A stretch of DNA of 64,000 nt from Macrostomum lignano (lineage: Eukaryota): NCBI GenBank assembly GCA_002269645.1, contig NIVC01003708.1, positions 1 to 64,000 on the forward strand. Direction: 5' to 3'. The position numbers were made by a program, and so were the translations under genes. A model generated the notes under the pieces. That model worked only from the letters and a program-made list of their open reading frames with translations. It had not been told where the DNA came from and ran no database searches. How positions within the stretch are numbered: the first letter of the stretch is position 1; the number at the start of each line of letters is the position of its first letter. Positions 1-13,285 of this stretch are shown piece by piece.

Positions 1-3000
1 TGAGTGTCAGGCCAGTTAGACTTGATGATTGCATCTATTAGACTGCAGCTTTGAGTGTCAGGCCAGTTAGACTTGATGACTTGCATCTTTAGACTGCAGC
101 TTTGAGTGTCAGCCAGTTAGACTTGATGATTGCATCTATTAGACTGCAGCTTTGAGTGTCAGGCCAATTAGACTTGATGATTGCATCTATTAGACTGCAG
201 CTTTGAGTGTCAGGCCAATTAGACTTGATGATTGCATCTATTTAGACTGCAGCTTTGAGTGTCAGGCCAGTTAGACTTGATGCTTGCATCTATTAGACTG
301 CAGCTTTGAGTGTCAGGCCAGTTAGACTTGATGATTGCATCTATTAGACTGCAGCTTTGAGTGTCAGGCCAGTTAGACTTGATGATTGCATCTATTTAGA
401 CTGCAGCTTTGAGTGTCAGGCCAATTAGACTTGATGATTGCATCTATTAGACTGCAGCTTTGAGTGTCAGGCCAGTTAGACTTGATGATTGCATCTATTA
501 GACTGCAGCTTTGAGTGTCAGGCCAATTAGACTTGATGATGCATCTATTAGACTGCAGCTTTGAGTGTCAGGCCTTAGACTTGATGATTGCATCTATTAG
601 ACTGCAGCTTTGAGTGTCAGGCCAATTAGACTTGATGACTGCATCTATTAGACTGCAGCTTTGAGTGTCAGGCCAATTAGACTTGATGATGCATCTATTA
701 GACTGCAGCTTTGAGTGTCAGGCCAATTAGACTTGATGATTGCATCTATTAGACTGCAGCTTTGAGTGTCAGGCCAATTAGACTTGATGATTGCATCTAT
801 TAGACTGCAGCTTTGAGTGTCAGGCCAATTAGACTTGATGACTTGCATCTATTAGACTGCAGCTTTGAGTGTCAGGCCAATTAGACTTGATGACTGCATC
901 TATTAGACTGCAGCTTTGAGTGTCAGGCCAGTTAGACTTGATGATTGCATCTATTAGACTGCAGCTTTGAGTGTCAGGCCATTAGACTTGATGATTGCAT
1001 CTATTAGACTGCAGCTTGAGTGTCAGGCCTGTAGACTTGATGATTGCATCTATTAGACTGCAGCTTTGAGTGTCAGGCCTTTAGACTTGATGATTGCATC
1101 TATTAGACTGCAGCTTTGAGTGTCAGGCAGTTAGACTTGATGACTTGCATCTATTAGACTGCAGCTTTGAGTGTCAGGCCAGTTAGACTTGATGATGCAT
1201 CTATTAGACTGCAGCTTTGAGTGTCAGGCCTGTTAGACTTGATGATTGCATCTATTAGACTGCAGCTTTGAGTGTCAGGCCAGTTAGACTTGATGATTGC
1301 ATCTATTAGACTGCAGCTTTGAGTGTCAGGCCTGTTAGACTTGATGATTGCATCTATTAGACTGCAGCTTTGAGTGTCAGGCCGTTAGACTTGATGATGC
1401 ATCTATTAGACTGCAGCTTTGAGTGTCAGGCCAGTTAGACTTGATGATTGCATCTATTAGACTGCAGCTTTGAGTGTCAGGCCTTAGACTTGATGATTGC
1501 ATCTATTAGACTGCAGCTTTGAGTGTCAGGCCTTTAGACTTGATGATTGCATCTATTAGACTGCAGCTTTGAGTGTCAGGCCAGTTAGACTTGATGATTG
1601 CATCTTTTAGACTGCAGCTTTGAGTGTCAGGCCAGTTAGACTTGATGATTGCATCTATTAGACTGCAGCTTTGAGTGTCAGGCCAGTTAGACTTGATGAT
1701 TGCATCTATTAGACTGCAGCTTTGAGTGTCAGGCCAATTAGACTTGATGATTGCATCTATTAGACTGCAGCTTTGAGTGTCAGGCCAGTTAGACTTGATG
1801 ATTGCATCTATTAGACTGCAGCTTTGAGTGTCAGGCCAGTTAGACTTGATGACTGCATCTATTAGACTGCAGCTTTGAGTGTCAGGCCAGTTAGACTTGA
1901 TGATTGCATCTATTAGACTGCAGCTTTGAGTGTCAGGCCTGTTAGACTTGATAATTGCATCTATTAGACTGCAGCTTTGAGTGTCAGGCCAGTTAGACTT
2001 GATGATTGCATCTATTAGACTGCAGCTTTGAGTGTCAGGCCAGTTAGACTTGATGATTGCATCTATTAGACTGCAGCTTTGAGTGTCAGGCCTTTAGACT
2101 TGATGACTGCATCTATTAGACTGCAGCTTTGAGTGTCAGGCCAGTTAGACTTGATGACTGCATCTTTAGACTGCAGCTTTGAGTGTCAGGCCAGTTAGAC
2201 TTGATGATTGCATCTATTAGACTGCAGCTTTGAGTGTCAGGCCAGTTAGACTTGATGATTGCATCTATTAGACTGCAGCTTTGAGTGTCAGGCCAATTAG
2301 ACTTGATGATTGCATCTATTAGACTGCAGCTTTGAGTGTCAGGCCAGTTAGACTTGATGATTGCATCTATTAGACTGCAGCTTTGAGTGTCAGGCCAGTA
2401 GACTTGATGATGCATCTATTAGACTGCAGCTTTGAGTGTCAGGCCAATTAGACTTGATGACTTGCATCTATTAGACTGCAGCTTTGAGTGTCAGGCCATT
2501 AGACTTGATGATTGCATCTATTAGACTGCAGCTTTGAGTGTCAGGCCAATTAGACTTGATGATTGCATCTATTAGACTGCAGCTTTGAGTGTCAGGCCAA
2601 TTAGACTTGATGATTGCATCTTTAGACTGCAGCTTTGAGTGTCAGGCCAATTAGACTTGATGCTTGCATCTATTAGACTGCAGCTTTGAGTGTCAGGCCT
2701 GTTAGACTTGATGATGCATCTATTAGACTGCAGCTTTGAGTGTCAGGCCAATTAGACTTGATGCTTGCATCTATTAGACTGCAGCTTTGAGTGTCAGGCC
2801 AATTAGACTTGATGATGCATCTATTAGACTGCAGCTTTGAGTGTCAGGCCAATTAGACTTGATGACTGCATCTATTAGACTGCAGCTTTGAGTGTCAGGC
2901 CAATTAGACTTGATGATGCATCTATTAGACTGCAGCTTTGAGTGTCAGGCCAATTAGACTTGATGATTGCATCTATTAGACTGCAGCTTTGAGTGTCAGG

Positions 3001-6000
3001 CCAATTAGACTTGATGATGCATCTATTAGACTGCAGCTTTGAGTGTCAGGCCAATTAGACTTGATGACTGCATCTATTAGACTGCAGCTTTGAGTGTCAG
3101 GCCAATTAGACTTGATGATTGCATCTATTAGACTGCAGCTTTGAGTGTCAGGCCAATTAGACTTGATGAGCATCTATTAGACTGCAGCTTTGAGTGTCAG
3201 GCCAATTAGACTTGATGATTGCATCTATTAGACTGCAGCTTTGAGTGTCAGGCCAATTAGACTTGATGACTTGCATCTATTAGACTGCAGCTTTGAGTGT
3301 CAGGCCAGTTAGACTTGATGATTGCATCTATTAGACTGCAGATTTGAGTTTCAGGCTAGTTGACTTGATGATTGCATCTATTAGACTGCAGCTTTGAGTG
3401 TCAGGCCTGTTAGACTTGATAATTGCATCTATTAGACTGCAGCTTTGAGTGTCAGGCCAATTAGACTTGATGATTGCATCTATTAGACTGCAGCTTTGAG
3501 TGTCAGGCCTGTTAGACTTGATGATTGCATCTATTAGACTGCAGCTTTGAGTGTCAGGCCAGTTAGACTTGATGATTGCATCTATTAGACTGCAGATTTG
3601 AGTGTCAGGCCTGTTAGACTTGATGATTGCATCTATTAGACTGCAGCTTTGAGTGTCAGGCCTATTAGACTTGATGATTGCATCTATTAGACTGCAGCTT
3701 TGAGTGTCAGGCCTAGTTAGACTTGATGATTGCATCTATTAGACTGCAGCTTTGAGTGTCAGGCCTGTTAGACTTGATGATTGCATCTATTAGACTGCAG
3801 CTTTGAGTGTCAGGCCAGTTAGACTTGATGATTGCATCTATTAGACTGCAGCTTTGAGTGTCAGGCCAGTTAGACTTGATGATTGCATCTATTAGACTGC
3901 AGCTTTGAGTGTCAGGCCTGTTAGACTTGATGATTGCATCTATTAGACTGCAGCTTTGAGTGTCAGCCAGTTAGACTTGATGATTGCATCTTTAGACTGC
4001 AGCTTTGAGTGTCAGGCCAGTTAGACTTGATGCTTGCATCTATTAGACTGCAGCTTTGAGTGTCAGGCCTGTTAGACTTGATGATTGCATCTATTAGACT
4101 GCAGCTTTGAGTGTCAGGCTAATTAGACTTGATGATTGCATCTATTAGACTGCAGCTTTGAGTGTCAGGCCAGTTAGACTTGATGATTGCATCTTTTAGA
4201 CTGCAGCTTTGAGTGTCAGGCCAGTTAGACTTGATGACTTGCATCTATTAGACTGCAGCTTTGAGTGTCAGGCCTAGTTAGACTTGATGATTGCATCTAT
4301 TAGACTGCAGCTTTGAGTGTCAGGCTGTTAGACTTGATGATTGCATCTATTAGACTGCAGCTTTGAGTGTCAGGCCAGTTAGACTTGATGATTGCATCTA
4401 TTAGACTGCAGCTTTGAGTGTCAGGCCAGTTAGACTTGATGATTGCATCTATTAGACTGCAGCTTTGAGTGTCAGGCCTGTTAGACTTGATGATTGCATC
4501 TATTAGACTGCAGCTTTGAGTGTCAGGCCAGTTAGACTTGATGACTGCATCTATTAGACTGCAGCTTTGAGTGTCAGGCCAGTTAGACTTGATGATTGCA
4601 TCTATTAGACTGCAGCTTTGAGTGTCAGGCCAATTTAGACTTGATGATTGCATCTATTAGACTGCAGCTTTGAGTGTCAGGCCAATTAGACTTGATGACT
4701 GCATCTATTAGACTGCAGCTTTGAGTGTCAGGCCAATTAGACTTGATGATTGCATCTATTAGACTGCAGCTTTGAGTGTCAGGCCTTAGACTTGATGATT
4801 GCATCTATTAGACTGCAGCTTTGAGTGTCAGGCCAATTAGACTTGATGACTGCATCTATTAGACTGCAGCTTTGAGTGTCAGGCCAATTAGACTTGATGA
4901 TGCATCTATTAGACTGCAGCTTTGAGTGTCAGGCCAATTAGACTTGATGATGCATCTATTAGACTGCAGCTTTGAGTGTCAGGCCAATTAGACTTGATGA
5001 CTTGCATCTATTAGACTGCAGCTTTGAGTGTCAGGCCAATTAGACTTGATGACTGCATCTATTAGACTGCAGCTTTGAGTGTCAGGCCAATTAGACTTGA
5101 TGATTGCATCTATTAGACTGCAGCTTTGAGTGTCAGGCCAATTAGACTTGATGATTGCATCTATTAGACTGCAGCTTTGAGTGTCAGGCCAATTAGACTT
5201 GATGATTGCATCTATTAGACTGCAGCTTTGAGTGTCAGGCCAATTAGACTTGATGACTGCATCTATTAGACTGCAGCTTTGAGTGTCAGGCCATTAGACT
5301 TGATGATTGCATCTATTAGACTGCAGCTTTGAGTGTCAGGCCAGTTAGACTTGATGATTGCATCTATTAGACTGCAGCTTTGAGTGTCAGGCTGTTAGAC
5401 TTGATGATTGCATCTATTAGACTGCAGCTTTGAGTGTCAGGCCATTAGACTTGATGATTGCATCTATTAGACTGCAGCTTTGAGTGTCAGGCCTGTTAGA
5501 CTTGATGATTGCATCTATTAGACTGCAGCTTTGAGTGTCAGGCCAGTTAGACTTGATGATTGCATCTATTAGACTGCAGCTTTGAGTGTCAGGCCTGTTA
5601 GACTTGATGATTGCATCTATTAGACTGCAGCTTTGAGTGTCAGGCCATTAGACTTGATGATTGCATCTATTAGACTGCAGATTTGAGTGTCAGGCCTGTT
5701 AGACTTGATGATTGCATCTATTAGACTGCAGCTTTGAGTGTCAGGCTAGTTGACTTGATGATTGCATCTATTAGACTGCAGCTTTGAGTGTCAGGCCTGT
5801 TAGACTTGATGATTGCATCTATTAGACTGCAGCTTTGAGTGTCAGGCCTTAGACTTGATGATTGCATCTATTAGACTGCAGCTTTGAGTGTCAGGCCTGT
5901 TAGACTTGATGATTGCATCTATTAGACTGCAGCTTTGAGTGTCAGGCCAGTTAGACTTGATGATTGCATCTATTAGACTGCAGCTTTGAGTGTCAGGCCT

Positions 6001-9000
6001 GTTAGACTTGATGATTGCATCTATTAGACTGCAGCTTTGAGTGTCAGGCCAGTTAGACTTGATGATTGCATCTATTAGACTGCAGCTTTGAGTGTCAGGC
6101 CTGTTAGACTTGATGATTGCATCTATTAGACTGCAGCTTTGAGTGTCAGGCCTGTTAGACTTGATGATTGCATCTATTAGACTGCAGCTTTGAGTGTCAG
6201 GCCAGTTAGACTTGATGATTGCATCTATTAGACTGCAGCTTTGAGTGTCAGGCCTGTTAGACTTGATGATTGCATCTATTAGACTGCAGCTTTGAGTGTC
6301 AGGCCAGTTAGACTTGATGATTGCATCTATTAGACTGCAGCTTTGAGTGTCAGCCAGTTAGACTTGATGATTGCATCTATTTAGACTGCAGCTTTGAGTG
6401 TCAGGCCAGTTAGACTTGATGATTGCATCTATTAGACTGCAGCTTTGAGTGTCAGGCCTGTTAGACTTGATGATTGCATCTATTAGACTGCAGCTTTGAG
6501 TGTCAGGCCAATTAGACTTGATGATTGCATCTATTAGACTGCAGCTTTGAGTGTCAGGCCAGTTAGACTTGATGATTGCATCTATTAGACTGCAGCTTTG
6601 AGTGTCAGGCCAATTAGACTTGATGATTGCATCTATTAGACTGCAGCTTTGAGTGTCAGGCCTTAGACTTGATGATTGCATCTATTAGACTGCAGCTTTG
6701 AGTGTCAGGCCAATTAGACTTGATGATTGCATCTATTAGACTGCAGCTTTGAGTGTCAGGCCAATTAGACTTGATGATTGCATCTATTAGACTGCAGCTT
6801 TGAGTGTCAGGCCAATTAGACTTGATGATTGCATCTATTAGACTGCAGCTTTGAGTGTCAGGCCAATTAGACTTGATGATTGCATCTATTAGACTGCAGC
6901 TTTGAGTGTCAGGCCAATTAGACTTGATGATTGCATCTATTAGACTGCAGCTTTGAGTGTCAGGCCAATTAGACTTGATGATTGCATCTATTAGACTGCA
7001 GCTTTGAGTGTCAGGCCAATTAGACTTGATGATGCATCTATTAGACTGCAGCTTTGAGTGTCAGGCCAATTAGACTTGATGATGCATCTATTAGACTGCA
7101 GCTTTGAGTGTCAGGCCAATTAGACTTGATGATTGCATCTATTAGACTGCAGCTTTGAGTGTCAGGCCAATTAGACTTGATGACTGCATCTATTAGACTG
7201 CAGCTTTGAGTGTCAGGCCAATTAGACTTGATGACTGCATCTATTAGACTGCAGCTTTGAGTGTCAGGCCAGTTAGACTTGATGATGCATCTATTAGACT
7301 GCAGCTTTGAGTGTCAGGCCAATTAGACTTGATGATTGCATCTATTAGACTGCAGCTTTGAGTGTCAGGCCTTAGACTTGATGATGCATCTATTAGACTG
7401 CAGCTTTGAGTGTCAGGCCAGTTAGACTTGATGATTGCATCTATTAGACTGCAGCTTTGAGTGTCAGGCCAGTTAGACTTGATGATTGCATCTATTAGAC
7501 TGCAGCTTTGAGTGTCAGGCCAGTTAGACTTGATGATTGCATCTATTAGACTGCAGCTTTGAGTGTCAGGCCTGTTAGACTTGATGATTGCATCTATTAG
7601 ACTGCAGCTTTGAGTGTCAGGCCAGTTAGACTTGATGATTGCATCTATTAGACTGCAGCTTTGAGTGTCAGGCCAGTTAGACTTGATGATTGCATCTATT
7701 AGACTGCAGCTTTGAGTGTCAGGCCATTTAGACTTGATGATTGCATCTATTAGACTGCAGCTTTGAGTGTCAGGCCAGTTAGACTTGATGATTGCATCTT
7801 TAGACTGCAGCTTTGAGTGTCAGGCCAGTTAGACTTGATGATTGCATCTATTAGACTGCAGCTTTGAGTGTCAGGCCAGTTAGACTTGATGATTGCATCT
7901 ATTAGACTGCAGCTTTGAGTGTCAGGCCATTAGACTTGATGATTGCATCTATTAGACTGCAGCTTTGAGTGTCAGGCCAGTTAGACTTGATGATTGCATC
8001 TATTAGACTGCAGCTTTGAGTGTCAGGCCAATTAGACTTGATGATTGCATCTATTAGACTGCAGCTTTGAGTGTCAGGCCATTAGACTTGATGATTGCAT
8101 CTATTAGACTGCAGCTTTGAGTGTCAGGCCAATTAGACTTGATGATTGCATCTATTAGACTGCAGCTTTGAGTGTCAGGCCAGTTAGACTTGATGATTGC
8201 ATCTATTAGACTGCAGCTTTGAGTGTCAGGCCAATTAGACTTGATGATTGCATCTATTAGACTGCAGCTTTGAGTGTCAGGCCTTAGACTTGATGATTGC
8301 ATCTATTAGACTGCAGCTTTGAGTGTCAGGCCAATTAGACTTGATGATTGCATCTATTAGACTGCAGCATTTGAGTGTCAGGCCAGTTAGACTTGATGAT
8401 TGCATCTATTAGACTGCAGCTTTGAGTGTCAGGCCTGTTAGACTTGATGATTGCATCTATTAGACTGCAGATTTGAGTGTCAGGCCGTTAGACTTGATGA
8501 TTGCATCTATTAGACTGCAGCTTTGAGTGTCAGGCCATTAGACTTGATGATTGCATCTATTAGACTGCAGCTTTGAGTGTCAGGCCTGTAGACTTGATGA
8601 TTGCATCTATTAGACTGCAGCTTTGAGTGTCAGGCCAGTTAGACTTGATGATTGCATCTATTAGACTGCAGCTTTGAGTGTCAGGCCTGTTAGACTTGAT
8701 GATTGCATCTATTAGACTGCAGCTTTGAGTGTCAGGCCAGTTAGACTTGATGATTGCATCTATTAGACTGCAGCTTTGAGTGTCAGGCCAGTTAGACTTG
8801 ATGATTGCATCTATTAGACTGCAGCTTTGAGTGTCAGGCCTGTTAGACTTGATGATTGCATCTATTAGACTGCAGCTTTGAGTGTCAGCCAGTTAGACTT
8901 GATGATTGCATCTATTAGACTGCAGCTTTGAGTGTCAGGCCAGTTAGACTTGATGATTGCATCTATTAGACTGCAGCTTTGAGTGTCAGGCCTGTTAGAC

Positions 9001-9830
9001 TTGATGATTGCATCTATTAGACTGCAGCTTTGAGTGTCAGGCCAGTTAGACTTGATGATGCATCTATTAGACTGCAGCTTTGAGTGTCAGGCCAGTTAGA
9101 CTTGATGATTGCATCTATTAGACTGCAGCTTTGAGTGTCAGGCCAATTAGACTTGATGATTGCATCTATTAGACTGCAGCTTTGAGTGTCAGGCCAATTA
9201 GACTTGATGACTTGCATCTATTAGACTGCAGCTTTGAGTGTCAGGCCAATTAGACTTGATGATTGCATCTATTAGACTGCAGCTTTGAGTGTCAGGCCAA
9301 TTAGACTTGATGATTGCATCTATTAGACTGCAGCTTTGAGTGTCAGGCCAATTAGACTTGATGACTGCATCTATTAGACTGCAGCTTTGAGTGTCAGGCC
9401 AATTAGACTTGATGACTGCATCTATTAGACTGCAGCTTTGAGTGTCAGGCCAATTAGACTTGATGATTGCATCTATTAGACTGCAGCTTTGAGTGTCAGG
9501 CCAATTAGACTTGATGACTGCATCTATTAGACTGCAGCTTTGAGTGTCAGGCCAATTAGACTTGATGACTGCATCTATTAGACTGCAGCTTTGAGTGTCA
9601 GGCCAATTAGACTTGATGATTGCATCTATTAGACTGCAGCTTTGAGTGTCAGGCCAATTAGACTTGATGACTGCATCTATTAGACTGCAGCTTTGAGTGT
9701 CAGGCCAATTAGACTTGATGATTGCATCTATTAGACTGCAGCTTTGAGTGTCAGCCAATTAGACTTGATGACTGCATCTATTAGACTGCAGCTTTGAGTG
9801 TCAGGCCAATTAGACTTGATGACTGCATCT
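1..9830. repeat. 51-bp tandem satellite (~190 copies, runs off the left end)
   Basis: Unit TGAGTGTCAGGCCAGTTAGACTTGATGATTGCATCTATTAGACTGCAGCTT recurs at positions 1, 52, etc. Main variants are CCAGTT/CCAATT/CCTGTT and GATT/GACT, with frequent 1-bp indels. The array ends abruptly at ~9830. Confidence 0.98.
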
Positions 9831-10569
9831 CTAAGCAAGACTGTCGCAAAAACCTTCATGTAGATTCATATAGATGTATATGCGATTTCTAAGAGGTGAT
9901 TTCGGGCACTTTAAAATGAAGCCTTCGAAAGGTGGTCAAAAATTTTCTGATTTTGACTGCAGTTGAAAATTTTGAAAACTACAAAAGTTTCAGTTTGATT
10001 AAAAATTTTAATATAATATTTTTCTATAAGGAATCTCCTGCTTAGAAAGATAGCAGGAAAAAACAAAAACTAAGACAGCACTCAGCCTATCTTCCAACAG
10101 GGTTTCTACATGTAGGTAAGTAAAGTTGCCATTCGACAGTGTCTTGGACTTTTATCTGCAAGGCCCATTGCATCGTAACTCTGGCGCATATGACTTATAC
10201 TTAGTAGCCCCCTGAGGGTTGATCTAGAGCCAAATCACTCAGGCACAGACAGACTTGGCAATGTATCATATTCGCTCATTTGCTCGCTTACGAGTTTCAA
10301 GGGCACCTATATACAATACCTTACCCCGCTGCAGATTGCAGACCGTGAGCTAGGCTTAGCCCAAGATTATTTCTTATCTCTCTTGGAATAGAAGCCCTTC
10401 TCACGAATGCACCAAGCCAGATAGGGAAAAGGCTCGCCAAAGTCTTAAAAGACACAGCATTCCGTTCGCTTTTCTCGTGACGCTTACAAACACCCGATCA
10501 AAGAAGAAGTCACGTCTCGCGCGGTGCGAGATTCCAAAGCTGATACTTTTGTTACATATCGAGGACAAG

Positions 10570-11284
10570 ATGCTGCCACAGCTTCCGATACCCTATCATG
10601 CCGCCCTGCAACTGTACAGCTATCCGGTCGTCTGTACTTTCTCAACTATTTGACCAAGTCTACTAGTGAGCCAGAAGCAAGGCTACATTGCAGAGTGGCT
10701 CTGGCTGAGGAGATATTCGTCAAGGTGTTGCCAATCTTCACTCTGGTATTCATTTTGACTAAGCGACTCCAGCAGACTGGCAGTACGAAGTACGCCGAAC
10801 GAATTCGCAAGGCTCTGCTCTGGTCGGCTCTGGCGACGCTCTGCTGGTGAATGTAAAGAGCGACTTGTGCGCCATACTGGGAGCGGCCAGCTTCATAGCG
10901 GCTCATGTGCAATACAAGCGAGCTTTTCAACAGTCCGAAGGCAAGACCGGAGGCGACAGTCCGTTAAGCAGTGTACTGGTACTGCTAAGCGTGCCAGTGC
11001 TGCTGATGCTCGCTCTGGCACAGCTTCATCTTGGGCGCCATGGCTAAAGGCTACCTAGTGTTTCTATTTTACGTCATGTCAAAGGCCTACAATCGGTTTT
11101 GGCACGTACAGCAGGCCAAGAGCTACGCGGCAATCTTTGGATTAATTGGAGCCATCGCTTTCATTGCCAGCGATATCCTACTGCTAGCTAAGGAGCTGTC
11201 AGCTGACGGGAGGGCGGCACCTTCCTGATCATGCTCACCTACTATGCGGCCCAGTTTGGCCTGGCTGTCAGCGCGCTCGAGTGA
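10570..11284 (+). pseudogene. TMEM86: TMEM86/YhhN-family (lysoplasmalogenase-like) membrane protein; intronless, with ~4 single-base frameshifts (pseudogene or assembly errors)
   Basis: Joining frames gives KVLPIF...KALLWSAL(GDALL)...FIAAHVQYKRAF...GAIAFIASDILL...FLIMLTYYAAQFGLAVSALE*. This matches the recalled YhhN/TMEM86 motifs KxLP, SALGD, F..AH..Y..AF, F..SD, IMxTYY.AQ. Shifts near 10632, 10835, 11035 and 11210. AATAAA at 11303. Confidence 0.8.
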
Positions 11285-11487
11285 TGGACAAAGACTTATT
11301 GGAATAAAGTCTTAAAACTTTGATTTTAAGTCTTGATTGTCTAATTAGGAATATTATTAATATTTTTTGCCTTTGCGATCAAATTACCGGAACAGGTGAT
11401 TTTTTCAAATATTGAACGCTGTACGACGTGCTTGTACTAATAAGTGGGTATTGGAAAAACAGAACATATTTGCAGAACCCTGAAAAG

Positions 11488-11895
11488 GGGTGCTAGATTC
11501 CTAGAAAGGTAGTGCTAGATGAAAGGAAAGGGACTACTAGATCCCTAGAGTGCTAGATTTTTTTTAAGAAAGGGAGTGCTAGATTCCTAGAAAGGGAGTG
11601 CTAGATTCCTAGAAAGGAGTGCTAGATTCCTAGAAAGGGAGTGTAGATTCCTAGAAAGGGAGTGCTAGATTCCTAGAAAGGAGTGCTACATGTAGATGTC
11701 TGAAAAGAGAGCGCGCTAGATGCCAGGAAAGGAATTACTAGATTCCTAGACAGGGAGTGCTAGATTCCTAGAAAGGGAGTGCTAGATTCCTAGAAAGGGA
11801 GTGCTAGATTCCTAGACAGGGAGTACTACATGTAGATGCCTGAAAAGGGAGCGCTAGATGCCAGGAAAGGAAGTACTAGATTTCTATAAAGGGAG
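11488..11895. repeat. ~22-bp minisatellite (CTAGATTCCTAGAAAGGGAGTG)
   Basis: Tandem copies read directly; contains TTCCTAGAA. Confidence 0.9.
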
Positions 11896-13285
11896 TTCTA
11901 CAATCCCGGAGAATAAGTACATGAATAATGGTTTATGAAGAGATGGAAGGTCAGATTGCAAATAGGCCAGAAAATGCCGAAATTCAAAGAATCAAATAAC
12001 AAATAAAACAAAAGTAGTGCTTTTTCTTTAAATGTACTTTTAACAGCACAAAACAATTGCTTTAACTGAAGGCAACGCAGTTTTCGAGTCATTTTATTGC
12101 CATTTTCAATGACAAAACTGATTCCTGATTTTCAAATTTTTGTTAACAAAATTAAAAATTAAACACAAAAAGTCTTAAAATTATATAAGGCTATACGCGT
12201 AGAAGCGTACAAAATAGAAGTCGTAACCAAGCTTTATGGTTTCTAAGAACAGCAAAATAAATATGGACGGTTCTCACTGTAGATAAAAAGACCTGTATTT
12301 ACAGCCAAACTTCAAGTGAAAATCCGAAGCTAGTCAAACAGTAGAATAAAAAAACACGACGGCACAATAGATGAATGCCCAGCAACAAAATCACGAGTTT
12401 CCACATTAGTGCGTGTTTTTAAAAATCGGATTAACGCTTCCGATTTCAAACCTTGAAAAAACCCGTTACTAACAATGGGGCTTCCGTTTCAAACAGGAAA
12501 ACACCTCGAAAGAGTGGAAGTAAACTTCACATTACTAGCTGAAGAGAATATTTTATAATTCAAATCACTCCTTGTATACGTAACGCCTGCCTGCTAATTT
12601 ATAAACTCCACTATATTAAAATCGACATAATAATAAAACACGTATATGCATGAACAAAATCAATATTAATCTATATACATTCATAAAGTACACGCAGAGC
12701 TTTGCGATATAAAAACGTCAGTTGATCGATTTAAAATGCAATAATTTATGTTTAAAGGGACGGCTGTTTTAAATCAGTTTGGAATGTTGAACTTTTGGAA
12801 TGATTTCATGAAGCGATATAATCCGAGGATAAAATTGTGATTCTTAGAAATACAATTTAAATATACGGTTATAACATAAACAAAATTATTCTACAGAAGT
12901 GCCAAGCCCCAGACTGATAATTGTGCAAGTTAAGCTGATTTGGCAGCGGTTAGTATGCAGCTTAATAGAGGCATCATCTCTAGCCCGCAGAGTCGCTTCA
13001 GGTAACACAGGTAAAATAGGAAATAATTGACTTAAGAGGACTCTAAAACTACGAGATGTCTCGGTGCAACGTACAACTCCGGGACGCAGAGTCGCATCTG
13101 AGGCGTGCTGGAGTCACTGTAGCGAGTTGCGTATAAAGGGCCTTTCCAATTTATATAACAACTAATTTCATTTAGTCTACTTGAGTTAGTAGAAAGTTCA
13201 ACGCTAACACAACGACTCTTGTGAGACTCTTTCGCGACTCTTGTACAATTCTGCAGCTCAGGTGACTCAACAGTTAACTCAAAAG

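Noticed and set aside
1-9830. Telomeric repeat
   Set aside because: Contains TTAGAC, not TTAGGG, and has a 51-bp period.
10570-11284. Horizontal transfer of bacterial yhhN
   Set aside because: Animals have TMEM86 homologs, a poly(A) signal is present, and lack of introns alone is not evidence; a phylogeny would be needed.
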